Assembly: GCF_006345805.1 (NCBI RefSeq)
Contig: NC_043017.1
Coordinates: 28,210,001 to 28,274,000, forward strand
Reading direction: 5' to 3'
Source: Octopus sinensis
Taxonomy: Eukaryota
DNA: 64,000 bases
Shown here piece after piece: positions 39,304 through 53,671 of this stretch. A program made the translations under genes and the position numbers. The notes beneath the pieces were generated by a model. The model saw nothing but the letters and a program-made list of their open reading frames with translations. It made no database searches and was not told the DNA's origin. Numbering within the stretch: the first letter of the stretch is position 1; each line of letters begins with the position of its first letter.

Positions 39304-40358
39304 ATAAATACATGTACAAATTAATATAGATACATGTAGATATTAATAAAATTCTTAAAGTATCTTTGATTTTTATAAAATAATAAACCTATTTTCAACA
39401 CGCTGCATGCAAAATCAATTAGCTTCAAAAACAGGGTCTTTTGACCCTGTATAAGGTGTGGTATGTTGTGTGATACTTCATCCTAATCCCAGATTTCCGG
39501 AAATTTAGTATTTCTGAAAAGCCGGATAAGAAATCTGGTACTGTAAAATTGTCTATTGTGTTCATGTAGAATAATTTTCCCCACAAAAAACCTGATTTAT
39601 AATCCAAAAAAAAAAAAACATTTCGCTGTTTCTTTGTAAATATCTTTAAAAGAATAATTCTCTCTAGGTTTCACATGTAACACTATAAAATCTACTAATT
39701 TTGAGATTTCTGCTTGCTTTATGGATAAATATTTTTTATATTTGATGACACGTTGAACTATATTTTGCTAAGCGTTCTCTCTAAACGTCTTCTGGTTTTA
39801 ATCCAGCGATAAACGAGGAATTAAAGAGAAACCATTTCTTTTTTTTTTTATTTTGTCATCTACTACTTGTTTTAATAATCCCTGTATATATTAGGATTGT
39901 ACAATCGCCACACGAAGTTGTACTAGTTGTCTAGTCTATGCCATACAAATAAGCTTTACAGATACCAATTCTCTGTATCTCAGCTTAGCGAACTAACTGA
40001 CTGACTGTAAAACTTCATCCTCGATTACATTCTGTTAAATCTTCAAATACTATTAGTATAGTTAAGAATGTATCATGAAACGTATAGTAGCCATTTATCT
40101 TCTGCTGATCTTGTGTAGTAATCTGTCTGGAGTAGCGATTTACACACAAATCTCAGCTGTGGATCTTACATTTGAATTGCAAAAACTTGGAGATGTGCGT
40201 GCTTGTTTTTATACATACACACACACCACACACACACACGTACATACATGCATACACGGGTGCATTCATATAGATATTGCATACATATACATCGGTATAG
40301 ACACACGTTTGTATCTGTGTGTGTGTCTTGGGTTATCCCATAAACAATGCGGTTTTTA

Positions 40359-40575
40359 TACTCTTTTACTTGTTTCAGTCATTTGACTGCGGCCATGCTG
40401 GAGCACCGCCTTTAGTCGAGGAAATCGACCCCAAGACTTATTCTTTGTAAGCCTAGTACTTATTCTATCGGTCTGTTTTGCCGAACCGCTAAGTTACGGG
40501 GACGTAAGCACCCAGCATCGGCTGTCAAGCAATGTTAGGGGGACAAACACAGACACACAAACACACACGCATTAT

Positions 40576-40614
<39 letters not shown>

Positions 40615-40655
40615 GACGGGCTTCTTTCAGTTTCCGTCTACCAATCCACTCACAA
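40359..40655 (-). mobile_element. SINE family A, 5'-truncated
   Basis: Tail and middle present, tRNA head missing. Confidence 0.9.
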
Positions 40656-41259
40656 TAATCTGACCAGTTTTTAGTCATATATTTTAATTAGCAGTGCAGT
40701 ATATGTTAAAAAATCGCAGTAATTTTTATGCGTTTTTTTCCCTTCTCTTGTTCTGAGTTCGCATCATTCCGAGGTCAACTCTGCTTTTAATCCTTTCGGT
40801 GAAGGTCATTAAAATAGAATACTGCTCATGTATTCGGGTCGCTCTTATCATCTGAAAACCTCCTCAGATATTTCAAGACTTTTATAGTCAGAGTCACTCT
40901 TACTATTATTGAAAGTGGCTTTTTACTTCGTGAGTTCAGCTATCAGCTGTTTGTAGTTCGTCCTTTCGATGTCGATAACAAACGCTCACACAACGGCGCA
41001 GGAGTCGATGCCATCGACCAATACCATTTCTTTACAACTGCTAGGCTTTTGCATCAATCAGAATCTTTAATGCTTGTATAGTACATTAATAGTTGAACAT
41101 CGATCAGAATATATCAGTATTATTTCTGCTATAATAACCCTCTAAGTAACAATGTTTTTTCGTGCTATATATGCAGTCAAATAATTGTTAAAAAGTATGT
41201 ACGTATACACTGAATATGACCTTATTTGGTAATGTTGCTATTACACGCTACAAGATACT

Positions 41260-41273
41260 GTTATATATGCATG

Positions 41274-41304
<31 letters not shown>

Positions 41305-41770
41305 GTATATGTATATATATGTATATATATGTATATATATGTATGTATATGTATGTATATGTATGTATATGCACATGTATATATATGCATGTATATATAT
41401 GTATATATGTATATATATGCATGTATATATATGTATATATATATGTATATATATATATGTGTATATATATGTGTATATATATGTATATATATATGTATAT
41501 ATATGTGTATATATATGTATATATATATGTATATATATCATGTAATATATATGTATATATGCATGTATATATATGATATATATGCATGTATATATATATA
41601 TATATGCATGTATATATATATATATATGCATGTATATATATATATATGTATATAATAGGTGTATATATAATATATGTTATATATATATGGTGTATATATA
41701 TATGTGTATATATATATGTGTATATATATATGTATATATTTTATATATATATTATATATATATATATATC
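41260..41770. repeat. (TA)n/(TATATATG)n microsatellite
   Basis: Direct inspection. Confidence 0.95.
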
Positions 41771-42546
41771 TTCGTCCTGTTTACATCAAATGATGAATTA
41801 AATTCAATCGCCATGCCAGCTACTTCTTATTCATCTGTACTTTCGCTTGCATTACTTCAAAAGAGGACGATTCATACAAATTGAATATACAATTTTTTAA
41901 AATTTGGTTTGCATGTTCAATTTTAACCTTCAAACAGAAAAAAAAAACCGGAAAGTACGTATAATTGAATATTTACACTCGATTGAAACGACTCCAGCAC
42001 ATTACTGGGATTAATTAATCGACGCAGGAGGTATAGACGTCCTCGCTGAGTTTTAAATACATCATCAGATTTCGACCATGCCTTTAAGCTTTCTTAGACT
42101 TTCCATAACCTTTCTTCTTCGTTACATGTTATATATTAATATATCGTCGCCATATGACTTCTGTGAAGCTTTTATCATTTTTACAGTATTTGTTGTCACT
42201 TACAGAATGTATCACTTTCTTATTTTTTTTTTTTTTTTCATTTTCTATACTTTAGAAAATGTACATAGTTCACATCCACATACACGCACACGCCTACACA
42301 AACAAACCCACATATAAATATGGTACCGAAGTAATAATACATTTATATGTACATGCTTACATCCATATGCATACATATGCGTTCCAAATTTGTTTGAAAT
42401 ATTACTGTATGAACGGAACTGGTTTCTAACATAGATACTAATTCCCATCGCTGAAATGCAGATAACAAACACAGAATCACATTTCGAACTTGGGCAAAAG
42501 TTTTGAATATTTTTACACTTCCACTTACTGATCGCATTTTAAAATG

Positions 42547-42945
42547 TACTCTTTACTCTTTTACTTGTTTCAGTCATTTGACTGCGGCCATGCTGGAGCA
42601 CCGCCTTTAATCGAGCAACTCGACCCCGGGACTTATTCTTTTGTAAGCCCAGTACTTATTCTATCGGTCTCTTTTGCCGAACCGCTAAGTAACGGGGACA
42701 TAAACACACCAGCATCGGTTGTCAGGCAATGCTAGGGTAACAAACACAGACACACAAACACATACACACACATACATATATATACATATACGACAGGCTT
42801 ATTTCAGTTTCCGTCTACCAAATCCACTCACAAGGCTTTGGTCGACCCGAGGCTATAGTAGAAGACACTTGCCCAAGGTTCCACGCAGTGGGACTGAACC
42901 CGGAACCATGTGGTCGGTAAACAAGCTACTTACCACACAGCCACT
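42547..42945 (-). mobile_element. SINE family A
   Basis: Near-consensus copy. Confidence 0.95.
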
Positions 42946-43010
42946 ATTAATAACTTGTTGATTCAATAATAAAACTTAGAGCGAGTTATAAACAGTAGCC
43001 GCAACACATC

Positions 43011-43300
43011 GTGACGTATATTTGCCATTTAAATATGGCTAACCCCCAAGGGTGGATGCTACTGTAGTTTGTAGCCCTAGGAGGACACCTCCTCCAGCTG
43101 GCTATTGACACACTTTCTGTGCCCTATCAGTATTTGCAAAGGGAAGCCATGGCGGGAAGGATGGCTTCCCTTTGCAAATACTGATAAGGCACAGAAAGTG
43201 TGTCTAAAGCCAGCTGGAGGAGGTGTCCTCCTGGGGCTACAAACTACAGTAGCATCCACCCTTAAGGCTTAGCCATATTTAAATGGCAAATATACGTCAC
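43011..43300. repeat. Fold-back palindrome, 140-bp arms, 10-nt loop
   Basis: 43011-43150 vs 43161-43300 reverse complementary with few mismatches; loop ggcgggaagg. Confidence 0.95.
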
Positions 43301-43524
43301 TTGTTGATTCATTTTTCTAAAAACACTCAGCTTAACCAGATTGTCAGGCAGGCATTTAAACACACAGCTGAATGCATCTATTATTAAACGTATAAACGTG
43401 AATCCCCAAGCCGAAGGTTTTGAAGCAGTTGTCCATCTGCATTATCTACTTTAATTTCGGAAGAGATATTCACACCATCGGAACAACTGATTTCTATAAT
43501 AGTGCATACTTATTCGTGTATGTC

Positions 43525-43869
43525 GCGGCTGTGTGGTAAGTAGCTTGTTTACCAACCACATGTCTTCTCCTATAGCCTCGGGCCGACCAAAGCCTTGTGA
43601 GTGGATTTGGTAGACGGAAACTGAAAGAAGCCCGTCGTATATATGTATATATATATATATATATGAGTGTGTGTGTGTGTTTGTCCCCCTAGCATTGCTT
43701 GACAACCGATGCTGGTGTGTTTATGTACCCGTTACTTAGCGGTTCGGCAAAAGAGACCGATAGAATAAGTACTGGGCTTACAAAAGAATAAGACCCGGGA
43801 TCGAGTTGCTCGATTAAAGGCGGTGCTCCAGCATGGCCGCAGTCAAATGACTGAAACAAGTAAAAGAGA
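43525..43869 (+). mobile_element. SINE family A with B-box deletion
   Basis: ccacatg joined directly to tcttct. Confidence 0.9.
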
Positions 43870-43883
43870 TATATATATATATG

Positions 43884-44192
43884 TTGCTCTTTGTTACTTC
43901 TCGAGCCACGCCTGCCTCATAAGGGCCGGTTTCCCGGTTTCCTTGGCGTATAGGTTCCCCACCTGGACGGGACGCCCGTCCATCGCAGGTGAGCTGCAAG
44001 TTGCAGGAGGAAAGAGTGAGAGAAAGTTGTGGCGAAAGAGTCAGCAGAAGTTCGCCATTGCCTTCTGCCGGAGTCGCGTGGAGCTTAGGTGTTTTCGCTC
44101 ATAAAAACACACACCGCCCGGTCTGAAGATTCAAACCCGCAATCCCTCGACCGCGAGTGTGCTGCTCTAACCACTAGGCCATGTGCCTCCGC
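43884..44192 (-). mobile_element. SINE family C variant with tail C4 (related to C1)
   Basis: Variant head ggaggcacatggcctagtggttagagcagc; tail gcgatggacgggcgtcccgtccagg. Confidence 0.85.
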
Positions 44193-44984
44193 ACACGCGC
44201 ACACACACACACACACACGTGTTTGTATGTGAGAGTGTGTGGGTGTTAGTGTAAGTATTTGTGTACGGGCGCATGTATATCATCAGTTGTTAACCATTGA
44301 CCTTGCTAACAATAATTAATCCCTCATCTGGAAGTAGTTCTAAAATATAGACTTGGTGTAATAATGCGTTGTGCAGGATACCGATAGAGGCAGCTTATCT
44401 AATGAAGATTAAAAGGATGAGAATTTACCTGCAGTCCTCGAATAATTTCACTGGCGGTAAATCACAAAGGATCGTGCTTGATAGATTTTTTCGGAGCTGT
44501 TCTGTTTAGAGCACACACAAAATACTCTTGCGTTAGGCAAGAGATACATGCATGGTTTGACTTTTGTGACAGGATCTGCCACATTGTAAAGAGATTGGCT
44601 TCCTTTCCAGACATAGCGATTATGTTGAACGAAGCCATATTCTCTCAATATAGACATTATTACAGAATTGTATTATACTGGTTTTAGTGTAAATGTTTAT
44701 ACTGACGTCAACTGGAAGTGCTTTCGTAATTGTTATTTCATTATCATTTGGTGGCGTTTGAATGGAGGTTTGCCATCTTATTCTACGCTTTTATATGGCT
44801 GTATTAAGTGTGTAGAGGTAACAAAATTTCGAATAATTTATACAAACACATTTTTAGGTGTGTTTGTTTAATTTTCGCAAATAAAATTTATGAGTTCTAG
44901 GATTAACTTCCCGTTCATTCGGCCTAAATCATTCCATTGCACTTGTAAAAATTTTTGCGAAGTTCTTTATGTTACAATCCATGG

Positions 44985-45373
44985 ATGGAAGTACTCCGTC
45001 GGTTACGACGATGAGGGTTCCGGTTGATCGGAATCAACGGAACAGCCTGCTCGTGAGATTAACGTGTAAGTGGCTGAGCACTCCACAGACACGTGCACCC
45101 TTAACGTAGTTCTCGGGGATATTCAGCGTGACACAGAGAGTGACAAGGCCGGCCCTTTGAAATACAGGTACTACAGAAACAGGAAGTAAGAGTGAGAGAA
45201 AGTTGTAGAGAAAGAGTACAGCAGGGATCACCACCGTCCCCTGCCGGAGCCTCGTGGAGCTTTTAGGTGTTTTCGCTCAATAAACACTCACAACGCCCGG
45301 TCTGGGAATCGAAACCGCGATCCTATGACCGCGAGTCCGCTGCCCTAACCACTGGGCCATTGCTCCTCCACAG
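44985..45373 (-). mobile_element. SINE family C with tail C2, full length
   Basis: Head plus body plus C2 tail. Confidence 0.9.
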
Positions 45374-46239
45374 TGTGTGTATATATACACACAGTTGCTA
45401 ACGTGTACTGCACTGTTGTTATATCTATCAGGTTCCTAGGTAGTAAAGCACTATTTTCTCAGCCATTACTACAATTCACACGGTGAACTAAACGGGGTCG
45501 TGAGGGCTGCAGTTAAAGAGAATTAAAGGGAGCTGCCCCTTCACACAGCTGGGACACATTTTTGAATAGAATAGATTTAAATTACGCGAAATGTAAACAC
45601 TTACTCAACGACGCAATAGGCCACGCCATCGGGTCGCAAAATCGAACGCACGACCTTATGAACCTGACAGTAACGCCTGAACCACTTGGCTATGCACTTT
45701 AGTAATTCATAACTGTGTGTGTGCAATATACGCACGTATGTTACTTGCACGGACGAATGCGAGCAATGGTAGCTGTGCATTCATCTATGCATACGCACAT
45801 ACGTAGATTTAATCTGTATTTTAATGCGTTGTATCCTCTATATGTATTGATTCCAACCGTATTCTTTAAGCTTAAACCAGTCGAGTCATTTGCAGATGCT
45901 TTAGCTTTTTCTATCTCTCCCTTGATCTCCGCACTCCTGTATCTGTCTCTGCGTGCGTCTTGAATGGAGTATGTACGTGTGAGTGTGTGTGTGTGTTCGT
46001 ATGTGATTATGCGTCTCACTTCCAATGTGAAATAATTGCATTTAGCTTAATTTTTGAAAACCGTTCAAACATCGCACGTCATGTTCGGCTTTTTTTAATT
46101 TTATTCCCAGTATTCAATGCTTAGATGTGTATGAATGTATGTATGTATTATTTATGTATGTATGTAAACAATATCTGAGAGCGTACGTATTTTTGCTAGT
46201 ATGTACAAATGCATGAGTATCTCTATGATATACACATAT

Positions 46240-46310
46240 ATATATATATATATATATATCCATATATATGCATATGCCTAATTTTGTGTGCATTTGTGTG
46301 TTTATGTAAG

Positions 46311-46341
<31 letters not shown>

Positions 46342-46382
46342 ATATATCTATCTGTCTAATGTTGTGTGTGTATTGTGTGTGA

Positions 46383-46435
<53 letters not shown>

Positions 46436-46542
46436 TATATACATATATATGTGCCTGTCTAATTTTGTGTGTGAGTGTATATCTATATATATATATATAT
46501 ATATATACATGGCCTGTCTAATTTTGTGTGTGAGTGTGTGTG

Positions 46543-46588
<46 letters not shown>

Positions 46589-46633
46589 TATATACATATA
46601 ATGTGCCTGTCTAATTTTGTGTGAGTGTTTATC

Positions 46634-46669
<36 letters not shown>

Positions 46670-46695
46670 GTGCCTGTCTAATTTTGTTGTTGTGA

Positions 46696-46743
<48 letters not shown>

Positions 46744-46780
46744 CATACATATGTATGTACCTGTTCAATTTTGTGTGTGA

Positions 46781-46815
<35 letters not shown>
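46240..46815. repeat. Minisatellite: about 7 copies of gtgcctgtctaattttgtgtgtgagtg separated by variable (TA)n
   Basis: Motif near 46272, 46350, 46450, 46510, 46603, 46669, 46757. Confidence 0.9.
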
Positions 46816-46820
<5 letters not shown>

Positions 46821-48254
46821 ACACATACATATATATATACGTATGTATGTACGTGTATAAGACTATAGTCAATTTTCAGTATAAAAATTATATTTATGTT
46901 TCTTCCTATTTATTTATTTATAAAATTGTTGAGAAAATTACGTTTGCAATCGTAAATGGATCGTAACGTATTGTCCTAGTAAGAATAATAAAAAAAAAAA
47001 AGCAAGCACTGATATAATTAGATTAGCTATGTTGGTTTCTTCACCTTTTTGGCCAACAATGTGGCACATTGTTCAAATCCTCAATCTCTATAGTCTTGTT
47101 CGTTTGAAGTCGAAAGTTTTCTTATTTTCTGAAGGATGTTATTAACCTGTAATTATAAAATATTCCCACACATTACGTTTTCCCCAAACAATAACACACC
47201 GATGTACTAATTGCTAACCAAGCCTAGTTAAAAAGTAAATAAATCATTAATTAAATAAATAAATAAATAAATACATAAAACTTAATTATACTAATGGTGT
47301 TTTATTTTTATTTTCACGATTTTGTTTTCTCTTTCTTGAAATCTCATATGAATAGAATTTCTCGATATGGAAGTTAAAGAAATAGTATTTCTTTTTTATT
47401 GTTTTTGACTCTTATTTAATTAAATTTTACTCGGTTTACATCACGTCTAGAGAAGAAATGTTCAATTATTATATTATATTCTGTATAACCAATATGCCAA
47501 TTAACGTACATTTATTTATTCATTTTTCTGTAACTTCTTCTCCCCAAAATACACGAATATCCGCCAATTCCTTTGTTTAAATTTGATCAAAACATGATTA
47601 ATAATCAGCCCTGTGAATACAATTGTAACTAATAGCAAAATTCAATTTGTCAGTGTTCTGATATTTAATTTTAATCCTCAGCTATTGGTTTATTTTATCA
47701 TATATATACATATATATATATATTTGTGTGTGTATGTGATAAAATGTATCTTTTTTATGTATTAGTATTTTATTGTTCTGGTAGTTCGTTCATTAGTAGT
47801 TTGTGATCAGATTTTTGATATTGTTTTCGCTGCTATTTGTTAGATCATGCGGCTTTCTTTCATACTGATGGAGACATATTTCAGATTAAAATACTATAAT
47901 GAAAAACAGTGAATCCCGAGTTGAATAATAATGCGAAATCGTGTCTGCAAAGAAAGGTTTTTTTGACAATGAAAGTAACGGTAATGAAAGCATGGTGGCG
48001 TCGAAAGAGTCAGACAATAACTGACCATATGAATATTAATTATTTAATTACACCCATGCGATTCCTGTTTCAAATCCGTCTGTTGCTTTAAATCTGCATA
48101 TTTTTGGAAATGGATTAAATAAATAGCAGCTATACAAAAGTGACATACATATGATATTATTTTTATATGAATTATTCAAAGCTGGAATAGCCTGCGCCTA
48201 TAACGTATTTTACTCGGGTGAGAAGCCTATTTAATCTTTTATAGCCATTTTTAC

Positions 48255-48349
48255 TGAAGGCAGCGGTCCAGGATAGAACTGACTGGTGGACACTGATCCA
48301 ACGAGTAACCGAGAGTCGAATTCGACTGAGCAGATAGATAGATAGATAG
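48255..48349 (+). mobile_element. Severely 5'-truncated RTE LINE with (GATA)n tail
   Basis: Matches reverse complement of 11175-11255; TSD atagccatttttac at 48241-48254 and 48350-48363. Confidence 0.9.
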
Positions 48350-48363
48350 ATAGCCATTTTTAC

Positions 48364-48545
48364 CTTTCTGAAGACAAAGGTTCGAAAATATCTTAATAAA
48401 CAGTCGGGAAGGTTCTAAGAGAAAGTGACGTTGAACTAAACGCAGCAATGAATTAGCTGTCAGTATTTTGGAAACCCGGGGCGAATCTTTAATTATTTTC
48501 CAATATTCAGAAGGCTTCCAGGCCTCCATGTCAACTACCATTCGT
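48364..48545 (-). pseudogene. Possible decayed hAT transposase dimerisation-domain remnant
   Basis: EYWKII..P.VSKI.. then, frameshifted, AFSSTSLSLRTF; weak resemblance only. Confidence 0.25.
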
Positions 48546-48739
48546 TCTTTATTCTCTAAACCACAACTTTAATCTTTATTCTCTTCACCTCCACCAACAG
48601 TTAACCAATAGAGAACGCTTCTTCCTGAACATTGGAAACAAACCAAATCGTTGAATTTAGCCCGAACACACTGAATGTATGTATGTACGCATGCATGTAT
48701 GCATACATTTATGCACGTATGTATGCAAGCTGTTGGTAG

Positions 48740-49125
48740 GGGTATATATATATATACACGTATGTGTGCATATATATACATACGTATGTATATATACATA
48801 CGTATGTATATATACATACGTATGTATATATACATACGTATGTATATATACATACGTATGTATATATATATACATACGTATATATATATTATATACATAC
48901 GTATATATATATATATATACATACGTATATATATATATATATACATACGTATATATATATATATATATACATACGTATATATATATATACATACGTATAT
49001 ATATGCATATATATGTATGTATATATATATATATGTATGAATATATATACGTATATAAATATATACATATCTATATATACGTTTGTATGTATGTATATAT
49101 ACATATGTATATTTATATATACATA
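48740..49125. repeat. (catacgtatgtatatata)n 18-bp minisatellite and TA tracts
   Basis: Direct inspection. Confidence 0.9.
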
Positions 49126-50409
49126 TACTCTTTTACTTGTTTCAGTCATTTGACTGCGGCCATGCAGTCAAATATAAATATGTATATTTATATATATACG
49201 TTTGTATGTATATATACATATGTACATATATATATATATATATATGCATATATATCTAAGTATGAATGTATACAGTATATTTATGTGTAAGTGCTTGTGT
49301 GTATGTATAGATATATCCATATGTGTGTGTATATATACACACACACACTGAGCTATACATATCAAAACACTGATGCGTAAGAGCATACTTTGTTCAACGC
49401 ATTACTATACATATAGACCCCTTCAACAAAGCATCTTTAAAATATATTGATTTCGACTTTTATAAATCTAAGCTTAGAGAAAAGTCCCTTTCTCAATGTT
49501 TAGTGAATATCATCAAGATTATCGTTGGCAGAGACGTTAAACTCTTTCAAAATGCTGACGGCACGTACTGGATTATGCCATGGCTTTAGGTGTAAATGGT
49601 GCTTAATGAATTACGAGTGTTTCAGTTTGCAAACTTTCAAATACAGTCATTTATATGGACTATATTCATTAGTAGTAACTCATTTCTAATGAAGGTGTAC
49701 CTATGTTTGTGTGTTGGTATTTGTGAGTGTGTGTGTGTGTCCGTGTTCGTTTGCATGTCTGTTGGTTTATTTGCATTAATAAAAATCAAAACAAATATAA
49801 TTCTAACAAAAGTTTAAATTGCAGACATTGTAAATTTATATTTATGTGTTTATATATGCAGTTATATAAGTATACATTGGTGGATTTATGTGTGTATGTG
49901 TCTGTGTGTGTCTGTCTGTGTATGTGTCTGTGTGTGTCTGTCTGTGAATGTGTCTGCGTCAGAGTGTGTGTGTTTTGCATTTGTGTCTGTGTGTGCATGT
50001 GTCTATGTCTGTGTGTGCATGTGTCTATGCATGAGTATTTATATGTGTTTGTGTAAGAGTTTCGGGGAATATTTATATCTCCATGAATATGTAAGTAAGA
50101 ATCTTGTATAGATTTATGTTATGTATTTTCTTGCATAAGAGCAGTTTTCTTGGAGAAATTGTTTGAAAACTTAGAATTCCAGATGTTACTAAAAACTTAC
50201 AAGGTTTCAATTAAGAGGAAACAGTCCCACAAATTTATAAATATCGGAATATCATTATGTAGTCAAACATATATACAGACAAAAACACACACACACGCAC
50301 ACATTTATAGGCAGATCTACAGGTGGACCTCGTACAGATGCGATATCTATATATGCTTATGAACTCATTTAAGTATATATATACTAGATGTGCTTTTTAT
50401 GGCATCGAT

Positions 50410-50729
50410 CTCAGTATCCAACTGGTACTTATTTAATCGACCCCGGAAAGATAAAAGGCAAATTGGACCTCCGTGGAATTTAATCTCTGAACGTAGCGGT
50501 AGACGAAATACCTATTTCTTTACTACGCACAAGGGACTAAACACAGAGGGGACAAACAACGTCAGACAAACGGATTAAGTCAATTATATCGACCCCAGTG
50601 CGTTACTGGTACTTATTTAATCGACCCCGAAACAATGAAAGGCAAAGTCGACGTCGGCGGAATTTGAAATCAGAACGTACCACTAAGCATTTCACTCAGC
50701 GTGCTAACATTTCTGCCAGCTCTTCGCCT
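50410..50729 (-). mobile_element. SINE family B dimer
   Basis: Reverse complement head plus two bodies. Confidence 0.85.
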
Positions 50730-50747
50730 TTGTATTCATATATATTG

Positions 50748-50778
<31 letters not shown>

Positions 50779-50794
50779 AGTGAGTGAGTGAGTG

Positions 50795-51138
50795 AGTGAG
50801 AAAGAGAGGGAAAGAGAGAGATAGAAAGAGAGAGAGGGAAAGAGAGAGATAGAAAGAGAAAGAGAGAGAAGGAAAGAGAAAGAGAGGGAAAGAGAAAGAG
50901 AGGGAAAGAGAAAGAGAGGGAAAGAGAAAGAGATGGAAAGAGAAAGAGAGGGAAAGAGAAAGAGAGGGAAAGAGAAAGAGGGAAAAATGAGAGGGAAAGA
51001 GAGAGAGGGAAAGAGAAAGAGAGAGAAAGAAAAAAAGAGAGAGAAAGAAAAAAAGAGAGAGAAAGAAAAAAAGAGAGAGAAAGAAAAAAAGAGAGAGAAA
51101 GAAAAAAAAAGAGAGAGAAGAAAAAAAGAGAGAGAAAG

Positions 51139-51177
<39 letters not shown>
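50795..51177. repeat. Polypurine (GA/GAAA) tract with 18-20-bp higher-order units
   Basis: About 380 bp almost purely purine on + strand. Confidence 0.95.
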
Positions 51178-51180
<3 letters not shown>

Positions 51181-51454
51181 ACTAATCACTTACAGATACG
51201 ATCAAGAAAAATTTGTACTGAATCCAGTGAGATGTAAATGTTATTTAACATAGACAATATTTCGGAAGATTTATACGGCGCGGTTCGTCGTGTCAAGCTA
51301 TATTTTTAGGTTCAGAAACATGGCTGGTCTAACGGGAAAAACCGGACGCTGGTTTATGAGAAAACACGAGAGAAATCGAAAAGAAGGTGAATGCTAAAGG
51401 TGGAATGAGAAAAGCGGCAAAATATATATAATGGCTGGCAGAGAGACTGACCGA

Positions 51455-51827
51455 TCGATAGATGGATGGATGGATGGAGAAACAGATAGATGATGGATGA
51501 AAAGATAGATAGATACATACCTACATATATAAATGGACAGAGAGATATACGGATGGATGGATAGATATATGGATAGATAGCTATATGGATAGATGGATAG
51601 TTGGATAGATAGATATATGGATAGATGGATGGATAGATAGATAGATAGATAGATATATGGATAGCTAGATGGATATATGGATAGATAGATATATGGATAG
51701 ATAGCTATATGGATAGATAGATAGATATATAGATGGATGGATGGATAGATAGCTATATGGATGGATAGATAGCTATATGGATAGATAGATAGATGGAGAT
51801 ATATATATATATATATGGACAAACAGG

Positions 51828-51858
<31 letters not shown>

Positions 51859-51860
51859 GT
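51455..51860. repeat. (GATA)n/(GGAT)n microsatellite
   Basis: Direct inspection. Confidence 0.95.
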
Positions 51861-52106
51861 AGGATTGGTACGAAATGCGTGACGTGACAAATAATTGACT
51901 TCGGACAGTTGTAAGTCATCTCGTATGTGTTGAATTTAATGAAATTCTGAATAATGTGATATAAACGGAAAAGTTTAAATTGCTGACGTTGCAAATGGAA
52001 TTTCAATAATCCTCTGTAGTTTCCTTTCAACATTTCCTGTATGCATATATGTATGAGCCAACTGTTGTATGTGTCTCTCCTATTACTGCAGTAGTGCATC
52101 CATCTT

Positions 52107-52143
<37 letters not shown>

Positions 52144-52145
<2 letters not shown>

Positions 52146-52515
52146 GGGTTAATTGCAACAAGTTGCTCAAAACCACATACCGAAAATATTAGAAATAGCA
52201 GCCAAATTGATCACTATTTCTCCTACTAATAAAAAGTCTCCACAAACAAACAGAATTTGTAACCTGTATATGGCAAAAAAGGAAGAAAATAACGAAATCC
52301 CAGCCTATGGATTAATTATAGACGAATCGTTTCTGGATTAGAACCGAAGGCTCATTTCCTTGTCAATATAATATTTCCTATAAATCTAGAAATGCTAGGG
52401 GAAAAACTCACCCGTTACACCAGCTCGACCAGCGACATCGAACGATCTAATGGACTGCTAGCATTCCTACACTTATACAGACATGCGAATTCTGTAAGTT
52501 TGGATATACTCTCTA
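52144..52515 (-). mobile_element. Penelope-like remnant P4 between (TA)n tracts
   Basis: Homologous to arm of 55102 fold-back (accacataccgaa..tagaaatagcagccaaa..gaaaataacgaaa). Confidence 0.65.
52315..52372 (-). ncRNA. Decayed hammerhead motif
   Basis: Minus: attata-TTGACAA-gga..gagcc ttc ggttc..tcc-a-GAAA-cgattc-GTC-tataat; core two transitions from CTGACGA, stem I perfect. Confidence 0.6.
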
Positions 52516-53204
52516 ATATTATATATATATATATACACATATATACACACACACACATATATATATAGTTAGCTAGTATTTCTGTATATATCGGTACGAT
52601 AAAGACAAAAGGCAAATTTTTTCTCACAGGCTTCTATTTTTGAAACGATATTATCCAGCAAGTTCTTGGCTCAAAAGAAAAGCACAGACAAACACACACA
52701 CAAGTCCTTGACAACAAATGCACGCACACACAAAAACTTATTTCGCTATTTTGTCGCCATCCTACAGATATCTTGGCCTTTATATATGTACTTACTGTTT
52801 CTACCAAACTACTTTATCATCATCACTTGTTAGATTCCGAACAACTATGCAGACGATAACTCAACCCAAGAAATTATTTTCTATTCTTCTTCTTCTCTGC
52901 ATATACATGCACTTTCTCACTAAAATCCTTTTTTTTTTCCTTTCCTTTTTCACTTTCTCGTAAATTATATCTGACTTTTATATTCTGACCGTTAAAAGAA
53001 TTACATTTTCGGGCTATTTGTCATCATACGGGTATCAGAAATGAAGTTATTTTGGAATGGTCTTATCTAACCAGATATCACGACTTTTTTTATTTTACGT
53101 TTTCAGTAGTAGCGTGGAATCGGACCAATCTAGTAATTTTTTTTTTTTGGATGTCTATCTATTAATATGCAATACAATTTCGACAAAACTATTGCTATGT
53201 GCGT

Positions 53205-53365
53205 GGATGCGTGGCTGCGTGGTAAGAAGATTGCTTCGCAACCATATGATTTCATTGGTCAGTCCCGTTCCGCATCATTTCTAGTATTAGTATAGCTCTA
53301 AGTGACCAAAGACTTGTGAGTGGTTGATATAAACTAAAAGAAACCCGTTGTGTGTGTGTGCGTGC

Positions 53366-53406
<41 letters not shown>

Positions 53407-53629
53407 CTTTTATTCTTGTATTCATTTACACGTTTCCGCCATTTGACTTCGGCTATGCTGTAGCAGCGCCTTAAATGGTATATTACTCGAAGGATTCGAT
53501 CCAAGAACTTATTCTTTGCAAAGTTGGTACTTATTATATAGGTCTTATTTGCCAAAACGTTGGTTACGCGGACATAAACACACCACCATTGGTGATCAAG
53601 AGATAGCGAGGGGACAAATACAGACACAC

Positions 53630-53671
<42 letters not shown>

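Noticed and set aside
46240-46815. CRISPR-like repeat/spacer look
   Set aside because: Spacers are plain (TA)n, repeats degenerate, eukaryotic context, no cas genes
50704-51253. R/E/K-rich and F/S/L-rich ORFs
   Set aside because: Translation of a polypurine tract
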